From assembly GCA_964199315.1 (NCBI GenBank), contig OZ116708.1, positions 27,342,001 through 27,406,000 on the forward strand: a stretch of 64,000 bases of DNA, read 5' to 3'. Position numbers and translations under genes: made by a program. The notes below the pieces were generated by a model. The model saw nothing but the letters and a program-made list of their open reading frames with translations. It did no database searches and had not been told where the DNA came from. Source of the stretch: Orbicella franksi (taxonomy: Eukaryota). The first letter of the stretch is position 1; each line of letters opens with the position of its first letter. This document shows positions 1 to 13,500 of the stretch, piece after piece.

Positions 1-1047
1 GAAGGAAAACTCTTTTCAGCCATTGAAGATCATTGTAACGCCTTGTAACTTCTCAGAAACTTAATAACGTCATTGTCAATTATTTTGTCATCTATTTGTC
101 ACACACCATGAATAAGTCAAATGATTTGCTTTCCATTGTACGAGAGAATGCGAGTTTCTACAAGCTCAAGCTTTGCAATGAGATAATTTAAAGCAGCTTG
201 GTCAAAACGTTGACTGCACGGTCACATATCAGATATACCATTTTATGTCATAGCACTGAAATGTCTTCATCTCATTACACGTCAGAGGAGACCTCTCTCA
301 AATGGTTCCATACTCTTAAGCTTGACATTAAAGTAAGATTTTTCCATTGTACCAACGATTGCACGCTACGAGCGCTTCTGTGGATTTTTGTTAAACCAGC
401 ACGCGTGGCAAGTGCGCGTGCGTGTGGTGAGTGTGCTGCTCGCGCGCGTGCGAAAGGAAGAGCTTCTTGAGAGGTTTTTGTCCTCTGCGGGTAACGAACA
501 CTATGCAAAACGACGCCATGTGTTAGACCAAGAACTCGCGAAACCCGACCAAAGGCTGATATATATATATATTCTGTGAAAGGAATCCCCACTATTGTGA
601 TAAAATGCTGCTAAAAGTTATTAAAAATATAACAAGCTTTTGCCAACTTTGTTATTATTAAACACTGACTTGAACTGTTAATACTGGCAAATGGCTAGGT
701 ACATGTACAGCAAATGGCCAGGGGTAAAAGAAATGACATTATGAAAACGGCAGTCTCGTCTTCTATTTCCCACGGACTAAATTAAAAGGGTCGCCATCTG
801 TTTCCAACGCCTTTTTCAACTGCTTCAGAAATGAGCAATTTTTTGGTTCGTAATACTATAAAACACTTCTGTCAAGGAAGGAAAACGAAGGTGAGGCCAC
901 AGAAGACGCCCTTGAAGTCTCGATAAGGGGAGAGGGTCATAAACTAAGAAAGTTATCTCGACTTGTAGATGGCTTTTAACCCTTCTCCTATAGCGAACCT
1001 CGATTGATGTCCTCTGATTAGCAATACTGTTCTTTTTCTCCTCTAGT

Positions 1048-1575
1048 ATGACCTCGTATAGATACCTGGCCGCCTCGGATGACAATCTACTCGATCGGAA
1101 TCAAAACATAACCGGACAACCAGACGGAATCAAGATCACCCGACTATATGGCTCCGATGAGGAACAGGACGAAGAGGGATCTTCGGGTTTTCGTGGTCGG
1201 TCCCAGAGCCTAAAGTACTTGAATGAACGAGTGGAGACTGGATCCATATCTAGGTCAAAAAGCCTCAGGGATGTGGACACGGGCGACTTTGACCGCGCCA
1301 CAGCGCGGGTGTCGTATGTTGATAGCTGGAATCCAGTTAATCCCGCTGGACGTGGTAGGTTAGCGACAAAGATTCAAAGCTGGGAGAACTTGGACGCAGA
1401 CGAAGACACTATGTCGCGGAGCGCGGAACATGGTTTCGGACAAAGACGCATCAGTAGCCAGAACTCGGCAAGAAAACGGAGCTATGAAAATTACACAAGG
1501 AGAGCGTCGGCTGAAGATTATTCAAGGAAGACTTCGTCGGGACAGGAGTATGAAGTTATGGATAGGGATTCAGAG
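1048..1575 (+). CDS. Candidate upstream coding exon of filamin (176 codons, low-complexity, Ser/Arg-rich)
   Basis: Open frame from ATG 1048. Pyrimidine tract plus TAG acceptor ends at 1046. Donor GAG|GTAAGC at 1575/1576 is phase 0 and joins in frame to the acceptor at 9362 (VDTR then Met 9374). Confidence 0.72.
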
Positions 1576-4500
1576 GTAAGCCGATAATCAGCCAGTAAGT
1601 GCGCGCGAGTAAATTCGCGTCTGGCTGGCTCCGGGTCAGTAAATATGCAATTTATCAGACGAGTAAACGGTCCGATAAGAAGTCTTTATAGTTGTACCGC
1701 TTTCGCCGACTGGAACTCAGTAATAACTAGTGCTAAGTAATTAGAAAATACATTTAATGAATGTGAACGGGGAAACTGCGGCAAATTGTTGAGTCTGATA
1801 CATTTAGAATATCGGTAATGTTTTGCCGGCTGTTTCGCCCATCGCAGAACCTGCTCAGTAGTCTAAACTGGCATCAAATCTTCCTTTCATTCTAAAGCAC
1901 CAGTTTAATTCACTCGGTCCTCGCTTGTGGTAGACAGGGTACCACAAACCATCCCGGTGGTCGACCATTGACACCCAATTTTGTTAATTTTATGTCTGTA
2001 AGGGACCGGTAATGTATTTAGTACTGCCAAATATATTTCAACATGTGCAAAGAAACTTTAAAAAGTCGGTCATTACTGCATTGAATACCTGCGCTATTTC
2101 AATCAAACTTATGAATCAAAGAAATCTTTGATTTAATTAACGTAGCAACAAATGTTTAAGCTGCAGAGGTGTCTTGGTTTCGTTCCAGTACGCGGATGTG
2201 ACGACAAAAGTTTATCTGTAGAGTAAACATTGTGAAAACTCGCTACCACTGAGAAAAATATCCGCCGTCTTAGTGAATACTGCAGTTGTTAAGGGCAGCG
2301 CGTTATTTGACTTTTTTTCTCAAGTTCCACTTATTGTATTGTAATGCTAATCGTTTAACAAACAAGCAATGCAGAACTTTCCTAAACAAATTCCACAATG
2401 TAATTTGTTTGGGCCGGAGGATTAGAAGATTGCAGTCTTTAATTCCAGACATTTTCCATAGAAAACTTCATAGAAAGGCTCTTCCGCGGACCTGAAACAG
2501 GCCAACCGTGCGAAGCGCAAACTCCCAGATGAGTTCTAGAGATAATTATCCCGTAAGAATATGGCGCGAAAATTGCTTGGCTTCGGGTTTGTTACGCAAC
2601 GACTCTACTCTATTGTTACCTAATTGACGAGCTTGAACTTGACGGTTTTGTTACACCTGTGATTTAACACTTTTTTAACAGTTAGATTTAACGGTTTTAC
2701 CATTCCGTGAAAATTTTGAAGGGGAAACGAAATTTCTCAATTAGCTGCGCTTAGAACTATTCTCACGAGTACCTGATAAACTACAAGTACTTGAGTAATA
2801 TCACTAATCTCTAATTAGCAGTAAGCAGTCGAAACGTCGCGATCTACATCTCAAGTGACTACATCGTGAGACAAACGATAGTACACTTTATTATTGCATC
2901 TACCACGATGAATAACAACAACCTTTTCCTCGACATCACTAATCTTGTACCTAGGCCTCACTCTGTTTGACCGCCTGGCCGTAAGAGATCTGGATTACAC
3001 TAGCTGTTTTCTGCAAATTGTCTGAATGCCGCAGTGTGATTGGGTCAAAGCTTATCTCTGTGATACTCATCAGGGATAGACTTAGACTGTGCACAGCCTC
3101 GCTATTCTTCAACGCACACGAAAGAAAATTAAAAGTAAGCGAAGCGAGCGCGAAGCACACGGGGGTGGTGTCAAACGAAGCATATCACCAGCATAGCAAG
3201 GAGAGCTAGAGAGAGTGCGCATTTTCCATTTTTAGTCTTAAGCGGACGAAAACACTTTTTCTTCTTTGTAGTTTCAAAATCGAGTTGTTGGTTGTTAAAT
3301 TGACACAATTCGGGTTAAATTAGGAAAGAAAAAGTGAAATTTTGTGATGTGAGTGCCTAAGTCTCGTTCGACAAATCGTAGTTACAATGGCACTTCCATC
3401 TGGAACAATTTAACGAGGAACTAAGGAAGGAGGAGACCCACAAGGCGCGTAATTCAGTCTTTTGAATTCTCATTCTGTCTGATATTTTATCCGTGTATAA
3501 AGAGAGTTTATTGACCTCTTTATTGCGGTTATTGTTGTTGTAATTGTTGTTGTTATTGTTGTTGGCAACTGTGAATATTCTCACGGGTGTAACTTCTATG
3601 TCACGAAGTTGCCATCCAGCTGAATACCACCGAATGAGTCCCGTTCCTTTAAGTGTATATTGATATATTGTTCGAAGATTAACGAGCGAAACAAATTAAC
3701 AGAGCACGTATAAAATAGTGGTCACTTTGCGGAGTGCAGAATGAAGTTTCTTGAAGTGGAAAATTGTTCGACCAACGCAAAGCTAGTGTACGGTGACGGC
3801 GTGCAGCTGAGAAATTGAGAGAATACATTGAAATAGAAATTCGCTGTTATAGCTTTATTGTTTCTCGACTCCATCTTGTCGATATTTATCTTTTTTTTTT
3901 ACTAGGACAATATTGACCGTTCATTTGTTTACAGTCGAGTGTGTGGCAGCAATATCTACCTCAAACGAATAGCAGGAATGATTTTCACGATATTTAACCT
4001 GAACTTCCAGAAAAGCGGAGAATATTTAACGACCTTTGAAGTGGCGAGGCAAAAATCCTTTTTTCTCACCGACATTGCGGCTGAATTACAGTTTCAATAT
4101 ATGCCACACCATTTAAAGGAGAGTACACACGAAATTTTGAGTCCGTTGTTTGATCGATGAACAACGTTACTTTCAGAGAGAAAAGAATCTCCTAGAAACT
4201 TCTTCTAAGGCAGTTACTGACACCAAAAAATGATAACAAGAGGGATTTGAAACGACAAACTTGAAAATAACTGGCCAATCGTTAAAAAATCTCTAGGATA
4301 GGAAATCGTCGATTTGTTTATGTTGTCAAATGCAACTCAAGTCTTAACTGATTGGTTGTCACTTACGCGCGAAAATTCACCACCGGCTTTGTAGGTCTAC
4401 GTCATCAGTATGGCGGACTTTTCGGCAGCCTCGTTCCCAGGTTCCTCTCTCTTCCTGGGCTGACTTTTCGGTTCGAATCTCGGACTTGACTCGAGCAGGG

Positions 4501-7500
4501 AAAGGTCATAAAAGATAAACTGGGCGAGTGAAAAGAAACGTAAGAAAATACAAGTGAATATATGAAAGTTTATATATTTGAACTGCGGAGAATGATATGA
4601 AGATATGATTGATCATCGCAGATATGCAGTTGTGAAATTAAAGCCTTTAATTTCACAACTGCTTAAGTTGTGTGCATAACTTCGATGATCAATCATATCT
4701 TCAAAACATAAGAAAGTCGAGAACTTCAAGAATCTGTTTCCTATCGTACCAACAAGTGACAAGTTAGGGAATCTTAAAGGGAAAGATTTGTTACAACTGT
4801 ACAGACTGATCAGGGCTTTTTACAGCTTCTGTTTTCCTTTTACATTTAAGGGAATCGAATCATAATTCAAATATCACTCAAATAAGTCAAAATGTCTTTC
4901 TAGTAATTTGTTTTAATAACCCTGTGAAAAGACTGATCCGGCTAAAAATGTCGTCGAGTTATTTAGGGTTTCCGGTTTTTATTCAAGAAAAGTGGGATAT
5001 AAACTATTTATGGTTGAAAGGATCGAAACTAGAAACCATAGTCAACAGTTAATGACAACGGTAGCAGTGAAAAGCTGTCACTTAATTAGCTATCACCTTT
5101 TGTTTTCGTTATTGTTTAGTTAGTTACCAGTACCTCGCTTTGTATTTTTAAGTTTTAAATCTTTCGTTTTTTTGTAACCGCCACTTCTGAAGATGCGTGC
5201 TGTAGCATGCGAAACGTCAAGAAAATCTTAGATTGTTGTTCCAAACCATGCGTAGTTCATGTGTTATGTTTGTTGCCGCTGTTTGCATTTTATTTCTACT
5301 TAGAGCTATTTACAAACGAAACCAAACGAAATCTTTTCCCGCACTCTGTGCACTGATCAATACCTATTTCCTCTTACGTCAGTATAACTGATTCCTCTCT
5401 GTCAGGCTGTTATACAGACCGATCACATGACAAACATCAGCATGTAGTTGACCATTCATGGGCGGATCCGAGATTTTTCATGGGGGAGAGGTGGTTGGGC
5501 CGTTGTGGCTGGTATATTGGGGTTGCATAATCCAATTTGAAACTGTTACACCAGAAATACTAACAATGCAACACTGAGTAGAAATTACGATGAGGTACCT
5601 GACCAGAGTGGGGTGGAGTGGTGGCAAATCTCTCCCCCTCCCACCCACTAAATCCGCCCCTGCAACTGAATATTGTCTAGCCTCTTGAGCGCGTGACAAA
5701 CACAAAGACCCTGTGTGTATACACTGTGTTGATCCCCATTGATATTCTTAGGACTAACATTATAGCAATTGTCTCGTGATCATTAAAGAGAATTCCTATT
5801 TTGACTAGGATTGAAAGGCTAATAGCAAACTGATCTGGTAAATTTTAATAACTTTGTCGAGAGGTTGTTCGCCGGTCGGATTATCAGTGTACAACAAATG
5901 GCCGCAGTTATTGCACGTTAAATGTCTCTAAAGCACTGAGTTTGTATCAAGGAAAAGACTTGTAAAATGTCAGGTAACCGATTGATATTGATGGAAGGCA
6001 CGTGTTAAATTGATTCACATCTTATTGCCTTATGTTTAGACAACTGATTGAAATGCATACTGCCGGTGAGTACTTGATTACTTTAATGCATGAGAAACCA
6101 ATTTGCAAAATCAAAAAAATTTAACACTCAGCTTCGAGAGCTTTTTGTGATTCAAAGCACTCTTCTTTCACTTATTCGAGTTTGTTGTTTTTCCTTTCCT
6201 TTCTCATCGGATTTCCTCCTTTCTTTTAGACCAATATTTTTAAATTCCTACCAGCGTGGCCTCTTGTAGCTTTCCTGGATATTATACGATCATTCCTTTT
6301 AAAAATCGTACCGTGTCGATTGTTTTACAGAAAATATTTATTTACTCATTTTCTCTTGGTCGAGACCATTTCCTTTATTACCTTTATTTTCGCATCAGTG
6401 TCAACGACACACTGACTGCAAAATTGATTTCCTTTCGAAACCAGCACGATCCCTGTTTGTTTATACTTGGAGGTCTTTCAAGTATAGGGATAAAAGCGCG
6501 AGTCGATATATGACCCCTTATTCCGAAATCAAGTGCCACCCACAGAGCCCTGCAAGGAGATGTCCCATCACTGAAAAATGCACCATCGCTGTAAGCACAG
6601 CTAGTAGCGATGTTTCAAAGGAGAAACACTAATACGGGGAGGAGGAAGCCTGCCTCGCAGACGGAAATTTACCCGTAAATAACCGTCTAGTAACCCGCGG
6701 AAGGTAGCGTCTAGGACGAAGGCTACGAGGTCGAGGAGGGAGGGAAGCGGAGAACGTATCGGGGGACGGGAGGGATCCATCAACAACTGAATTAACAAAT
6801 TTTGGGGCTGTACTCCGTTTTAAATTTTTTATTGTCTTGTCATTGTTGCATTTAACAGTTATTCTCATTTGAGATGTGCAACCTACGTGATCGGTGGGGC
6901 CGAAGATGTCGCTTGTCGCCTGTCGCCTTTTCATAACAGGAAAGGACTTCAATAAAAAAGACTTGAACAATATCGCCTTATGAGGACAATACTTTCTAAA
7001 TCGACCAAGTTTAAGTTTGTCGTAGAAAAACACTACGATTGTTTTTAAAAGTGAATCGAATTCACATTAGGCACGTTATAGAATTCACACCAATATAACC
7101 GCACAACCAGTTTATTAGCATTTCTTCTGAGCCTGTCACTGTTATCAGATTTATCGTTCTCTAGCTCTGTCGTTAACCTTATACTTTTATCAGTCCGATA
7201 TTTATTTACCCAACCATTCTGTACCAGTTTGTCAAATATTTGCGGTATTTCTCGTCACTATTCGCCTCTTTTCCGCATAATCATTCGAGTTACCAAAAAA
7301 GAGCAATATAGTGACCAGTTATTCCTAGAGATTCTAGAGAATTCGTTCGATTATTTAACGGATCGGAAAAGAACGCCCCTGACCGTAATAACAAAGGTGG
7401 GGCCGGCTGTGAGCATATTTCACATTTTTTCTCGTAGCGTTTTCATCAGGGTCACAGAGGTCGGGATGTTTAATTTGTATACGGTACAGCAGAAAGATAA

Positions 7501-10500
7501 ACTTAAATTTCCATATCTGTTTGATTCCGAGTGTTGAGTGGTAGTTCTGGGTTCGGAAAAAGCAATAATTTTGGCACATTTTTCGCGAATAAAATGGCAT
7601 TATAAATTGGCGATCTGTGACCTTGTCTTCATGTATGGCTGTGAAGTTTCTTAAAAGTTCAAAAAACAGTTTGAAATGCAAAATGAGTACTACGGAAATA
7701 TATCCGGGAAATTTTCTGTCTAATTCTATTGCGTTTGCATTTTAAATGGTTTCGAGTGAGTTCTACGTGCATCTCTTGACCTCAGACCCGGAAATGTAAC
7801 GCTGCCCAGTGTTTTTTGTTAATTCTAATAATAAATAAATATTCAGAAAAAATTCTAAAAATAAATATATATTCGGAAACTTTTTCTTTGCCATTTTCGC
7901 TTTCATATTATATTTGGTGCTTATCAAACGTTCCTTCAAGCAAACAACACAAATGAAATTCGCCATGCCAGTATTGAATAGGACAAAAAACCCCGATTTT
8001 CAAATATCCGGAAAATACGAAGGTATTGCCGTTCTTAAATTAAACCCGGCCTTAAAATAACCAGAAAGTAGCTAAAAAAAATCTTTTCCTTTCACTCATT
8101 CCAGATATAAACACTTGCATGATTGAAATTAGTTTCATTCCACGCAAGGTTTAAAGTTTTCTTAAAAATACAGAGCCGTTTGGAGATTATGCAACGCTCG
8201 CGTGACACCGGTTCAAAGAAAGGCCATTCTTGTCACGCAATACATCTATTTTACTCTGTTACTCTCTGAGGTCACGATATAAAAGCAAAGATAAATATGT
8301 TTTCAATTAACGTTATTCATTATATTTTCTATGACTTGATGATTTCAGTCTAGTTCAAGTCTACGCTGTTTGTGTGGAAAAACTTTTTTAATTTAGCATG
8401 AACGATAGAACAAAAGAGAAATAACGTAAGTGGAAGCTGCAGTTACTAAACGTGACATTTTCATAATATGTTGTCTTGTGTAGAGAAGCTTTCTGTCGAA
8501 ATGACTAAAATGTTCCTTTCTGTGCACAGTAGTTGTTATTTGTGTTTGTTTTGATTTTGCAAAAGATGAAAGAGTTGTCGAGAGGACTGTGTTTTGTAAC
8601 AGTAGCAGTGACCAGTCACGATGTGCCTGTTCATAGACTTTGAATGGCGTTGAGGCAACACAGATAAACAGACCGTGTGTTTGTTGACAAGACTGTTTTT
8701 GTTACAGCAGGGTGAAAATAACACGGGAAAAACGAAGTGAGAAGGCTATGAAATGTTGCCCAGTGATAACAGAAAGTTGGTAAGCCAACTAAGAGCTTAA
8801 TTGCGTGACAACTGTCCCAAACAAAAAACTTTCCCCGAGGATAAATAGGATCATATGGCGCCGGTATTCAATGTTTGTGACACATAACACGCCTTTCCTT
8901 TACGTAGTTTTCCATTGGTTTTCGTGGCATTTTTTCGAGATAAGAATGTCCTATAGGAACGCAGATCCCTAATTTTGCGACATTTTATGAGCGTAGGGCT
9001 TCCTGCGGTGAAGCAGTGCACCGTACAAAAGTACAGGACACTGGTTCTGTACAATTTAAAGCTTATCCTGTGCACGAGAACGGCCGTCTGCAGGGTTCAA
9101 GTCAACAAAAATGGACGTAAGAATCTCACCTTTGATATTTTACTGCGTCTGTCAGCTTATGTATGAAGTATAAACATGAATTATTCAAACAACCTTTGAT
9201 TGGTCGCGCGTAGTGCTACTTAAGACAGCTAGCCTTGCCGTGTCTCTACGTCTAGTGGTCGGTTCAAGGGCGGTTTTTTGCGAAGCTTTCTGGTACATAG
9301 CGACCAGTCGACTTAGCTCCTGTTTGTCCCTTACGGGCTGTCATTTTTCTTGCCACTGTAGGTCGACACGAGAATGCCGGACACAGATCCAACTTCGGCG
9401 GACGCCGAGTGGAAAAAGATTCAACAGAACACCTTCACAAGATGGTGCAACGAGCATCTAAAATGCGTGAACAAGTACATTTACAATTTGGAAACAGACC
9501 TTGTCGACGGATTAAAGCTCATAGCTCTGCTACAAGTCCTTTCGCACAAGAAAATAACGAGATACAACAAGAAGCCTTCGTTTAGACCGCAGAAATTGGA
9601 GAATATTTCTATCGCACTCAAGTTCATCGAAAGCGAGAACATTCGGTTGGTGAATATCGGTGAGTAAAAACCTTGCGTTTGATAATTTTCTCATAACGGC
9701 ACCAAACCACGCTTCGTAATTATATCTCGTAAATAAATGCAGCACTCCATTCCGCGAATTATTATGAAATTTTTATGACCCACCGCTAGTGTTACTTTCG
9801 CTCGTCTGTGTGTAGATTTCTTGCTATTTTTAGTAAGAAGCTTTTCAATCGCTGCTTTAGACAAACATGTTTACCAGAGTCAATATTTCCTAGCCGATAT
9901 TCGTGGTATCTTGTTCAAACTAGAAACAGTGAAGCTGTTAGAAGTTACTTTGGGTGTAAATAGGAGCGAATTCTGCGTTACCTATTGATACTACCATATT
10001 TAGTCATTTGTTCTCCTCAGACATGACTAGCAATGTTTGATTGTGCTGAAATTTGCTGTTGTCTAACCGAGCGTTCTGTATCAGCCGTTTCGTTCATTTG
10101 TTTGTCCGCAGACGTGAGAAGTATTCACCAAGTAATTTAAGATGAAGGATGTTAGGAAGTAAATTTGTTTAAGCTAGTAAATTTGCCAAAGCTTTCTGTC
10201 ATGTTTGATGGGCGTCAACCCAACCCTCTCACGCAAATTTTTCTGTGAACGTAGCAACAATTAGAATTATTATCCGGCTGACGTATGAACTCGAGAATTT
10301 CTCGACTGTTCTGTGTCCAGACTACCCAAAGTTTGTGTTACTGTTCTAAATTGCGTGCCAGATATCGACAAGTTTCCATCTTTTACTCTTGTTCGTGATC
10401 AAGTATTCTTTGTGTGTTCCACACGCTAACCATGGCTTGTTATAATTTTGACTTGAATTCTCCTGCAGTGTACAAATCTAATTAAACTGTCACAAAATAA

Positions 10501-13500
10501 TGGAATACCAAAAAAATAGCAAACAAACGATTCGTCGAGGTTCTGTCTATTTTAACCTAGTTAGCTTAAAAAAACATTCCCTGATTTAAGATACGACTTG
10601 TGAAGTTTAACCCGTGTCAAGTTTCTACAATCAAAACGTTCGAAGCCTATTGTTCCTTTACTCGATTATATGAAAGCGGTGTAAACAAATGAGATTTTTT
10701 AAGTGTGAAGACTTCTAAATTAAAATTCTACTCATTTCCAAGATTTCAATGAGGATTTAATATCAAAACCAGCTTAAGTAATCATAAGTATGAGGCAAAT
10801 TTTCCACTGCCAACGCTTAGACAAATATACTCCTTCTCTTTGGGAGTTCACCTTCACTCAAGCATTGTGGAATTTTAAATTGAGGGGACATGTTAAGTCA
10901 TGCGTATAATCATAAAATTTTTTAGTGAATCTCGGAATTATTCAGTCAATGACCACTAAATCCTGTTTATTGAAGAGTGGATAATCAATGATAAACTTTA
11001 TTTTTTACCCACGAGTTGTTTAAACAGTTACTTCTTGTTTCATGACTTTGGTATTTAATATTAACATAAAAGTAACAATCAAAAAGCTTTTGACAGAAAT
11101 TTAATAAATGATCTTTCAAGATATCTCTAAACACAATAAAAAGCCAATTACCTTGGTCAGTAATCTGTTTGCAAACCTAAATGGAATCTCAGACCGGTTC
11201 GATGTATTTTGACCTGAAGTAAGATTGCAGCTTCATATGAATGGCTTTGCAGAAACGTATGCTGCCAAACTTGGGTCAACTTTGTTTGTCAGGAAAACAC
11301 ATGCTACTTTCTGCATGTAATTAAAACAGCATCAGATTACACTCCTTGAAACACAACAGTTTGGTTGAATGTTTGATTTAACTTGTTTGGGAAAAAAAAC
11401 TGGCATGCTACAGCTTTCTTGTGGATGTTTCATTAATGAGAGTTTAACTCCCTGAAAATTTTGGCAAGCAATACAACACTATGCAATATTTTTTGTGGGG
11501 TTGCAAGTACCCCAATATTGTCACACCATTGTGGTATGGTATTGATACACCAGAGCACTGATGGAATTGAAAGGTTATTAAATTATGGAGATTAACCAGC
11601 ATCAAAATTATGTCAGTTTCTAATTAATGTTGAATATCAGTAGAAGCTTTGTTCAACAATATATTATACAAACCCACAAAATTGTGAACTTCCTTCCTGC
11701 AGAAGAAACCATAATATTGGTCGATGATTTAATTTCCATTTTTATGTGGCAAATAAAAATTTTGGATATCCGAAAACTTAACTAACCCTAACCCATATGA
11801 ACACAATATGTCATGTGTGGCTTAAAAATTATACAGGAACCACTTTTAAACAACAATGTAAAAAGAATGCTAACAGCACTGGTCCAGTGTGAAACCCAGG
11901 ATGATTAGATCAGCAACGAGACTTGTGACCACTACATGTTTGGAAATTTTATGAATATATCATCATTGTGTTAAGCTAACCATCACTAAAGAGCAGACCA
12001 TTTGCTTTTTAGTGCTATTTAGGCTAACAGGGTGGTTAGTTAGGCTTACCAGCTTGCTATTTAGGCCACAAAGTGCTGTTTAGAAGATCAGAGACTCTCA
12101 AGACGATGTTTAGGATTAATTAATGTAAGCTAACTGGGGTGCTATTAGCTTGCTAACTAGACTTGTTCCCAGTGCATTTGGAACTGAGATTGAGTCCTGT
12201 ATTTAATTGCTGTACATTATATATTACCCATATTATATTGTGCTGTTGGCACTCTGAACCATAACAGTATTTGTTGTTTCAAAAAAATCATTGCTGCGTT
12301 ATTAATTCATTTTCACTTGCCATAGCTGCAATTATCACTTTATGTAGCAACACAGATGGTGACGCATTCTTGAATTGCTCCTGACTTTGTGAACCTGAAC
12401 TCAAATTATAACTTTGTAAACTTTGGTTTTAATGTAGGAACCCAGGAAAAAATATGAATTACCTGATCTTATTTTTGCAGCTTCTATTTTGAATTTTAAC
12501 TGCTTTAAGTTTTTGCGAATATTAAATACTGCCAGATGAGAAACTTTGGCCACCTTCATTAAAAATATGTATTTCTAGCAACACTGATTTGAAGAGTTAA
12601 CTTGTTTAAAGTTTGGTTCTAAAAAAATTTGAGCAGGCTCTAAAATTTTGGACCACAAAATGTCAAACAAATGATCTTGTTTGTGTGTTAATGAACTTGA
12701 AGTAAATTTTGCAAGTCACAATAGGAACCTCTTATAATAATAAATTAATATTTTAAGAGGAGGCCTCCAATAGACCACTTTTGATGTATTAAAATTCCGC
12801 TTGGCAGTGAGGCTGAAAGGACACAACCAAAGGAAATTGAATGACCATGTTTATTCATTTCTTTTGTTTGTGTCCTCCAGGCCTCACTGTCAAGCTGAAT
12901 TTTAATATATTGAAAGCAATCTATCAGCTAGCGTCGATTTTCAGGGTGGTCCTCCAAAAAAAATTAAAGTGCAAAAGATGCCTTAAATGTCTAAAATGCA
13001 GAATAGAAATAAGCTAAAAACTTGAGACTAACTAGAACTAAGATTAAAAATACTACTATTTATTAAGGTTAAAGATGGTAAAGTAAAAAATGTTTCAGTT
13101 TGTGTTCAAAAATCCTTTTTGGCGTAAGTTTCTTAAGCTCACTCGGCAGTGAGGCCCAATTGGTAATTGCTTTAAAAAACATTTTAGCAGCATAAAAGTT
13201 AACATGCTCACTTGTGAGCATGCTAACAAGTGCTCAATTCTCAGAAGGCAAAGGGATCGTTGGATATAAATTAATGACAATAGATAGATGTTTTTGCATG
13301 CTTTTCATTTTAAATTGATTTGTCCCTTTATCAAATTCTGGAAATATTTTTATTTTTATTTCTATTGTAAATAATATCTATTGCTAATGTAGTTTTTATT
13401 ATTTGTATTTTTGTATTTTTTAGAGGTCCACAAGTTCATCAGTAATGTTAGTCACTGTTATGTGTCACCCGCATAAAATAAAGTCACTTACTTACTTGCT

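Noticed and set aside
198-592. Short ORFs at the window start
   Set aside because: No recognisable protein. The GC-rich part is better explained as the filamin upstream promoter or 5'UTR.
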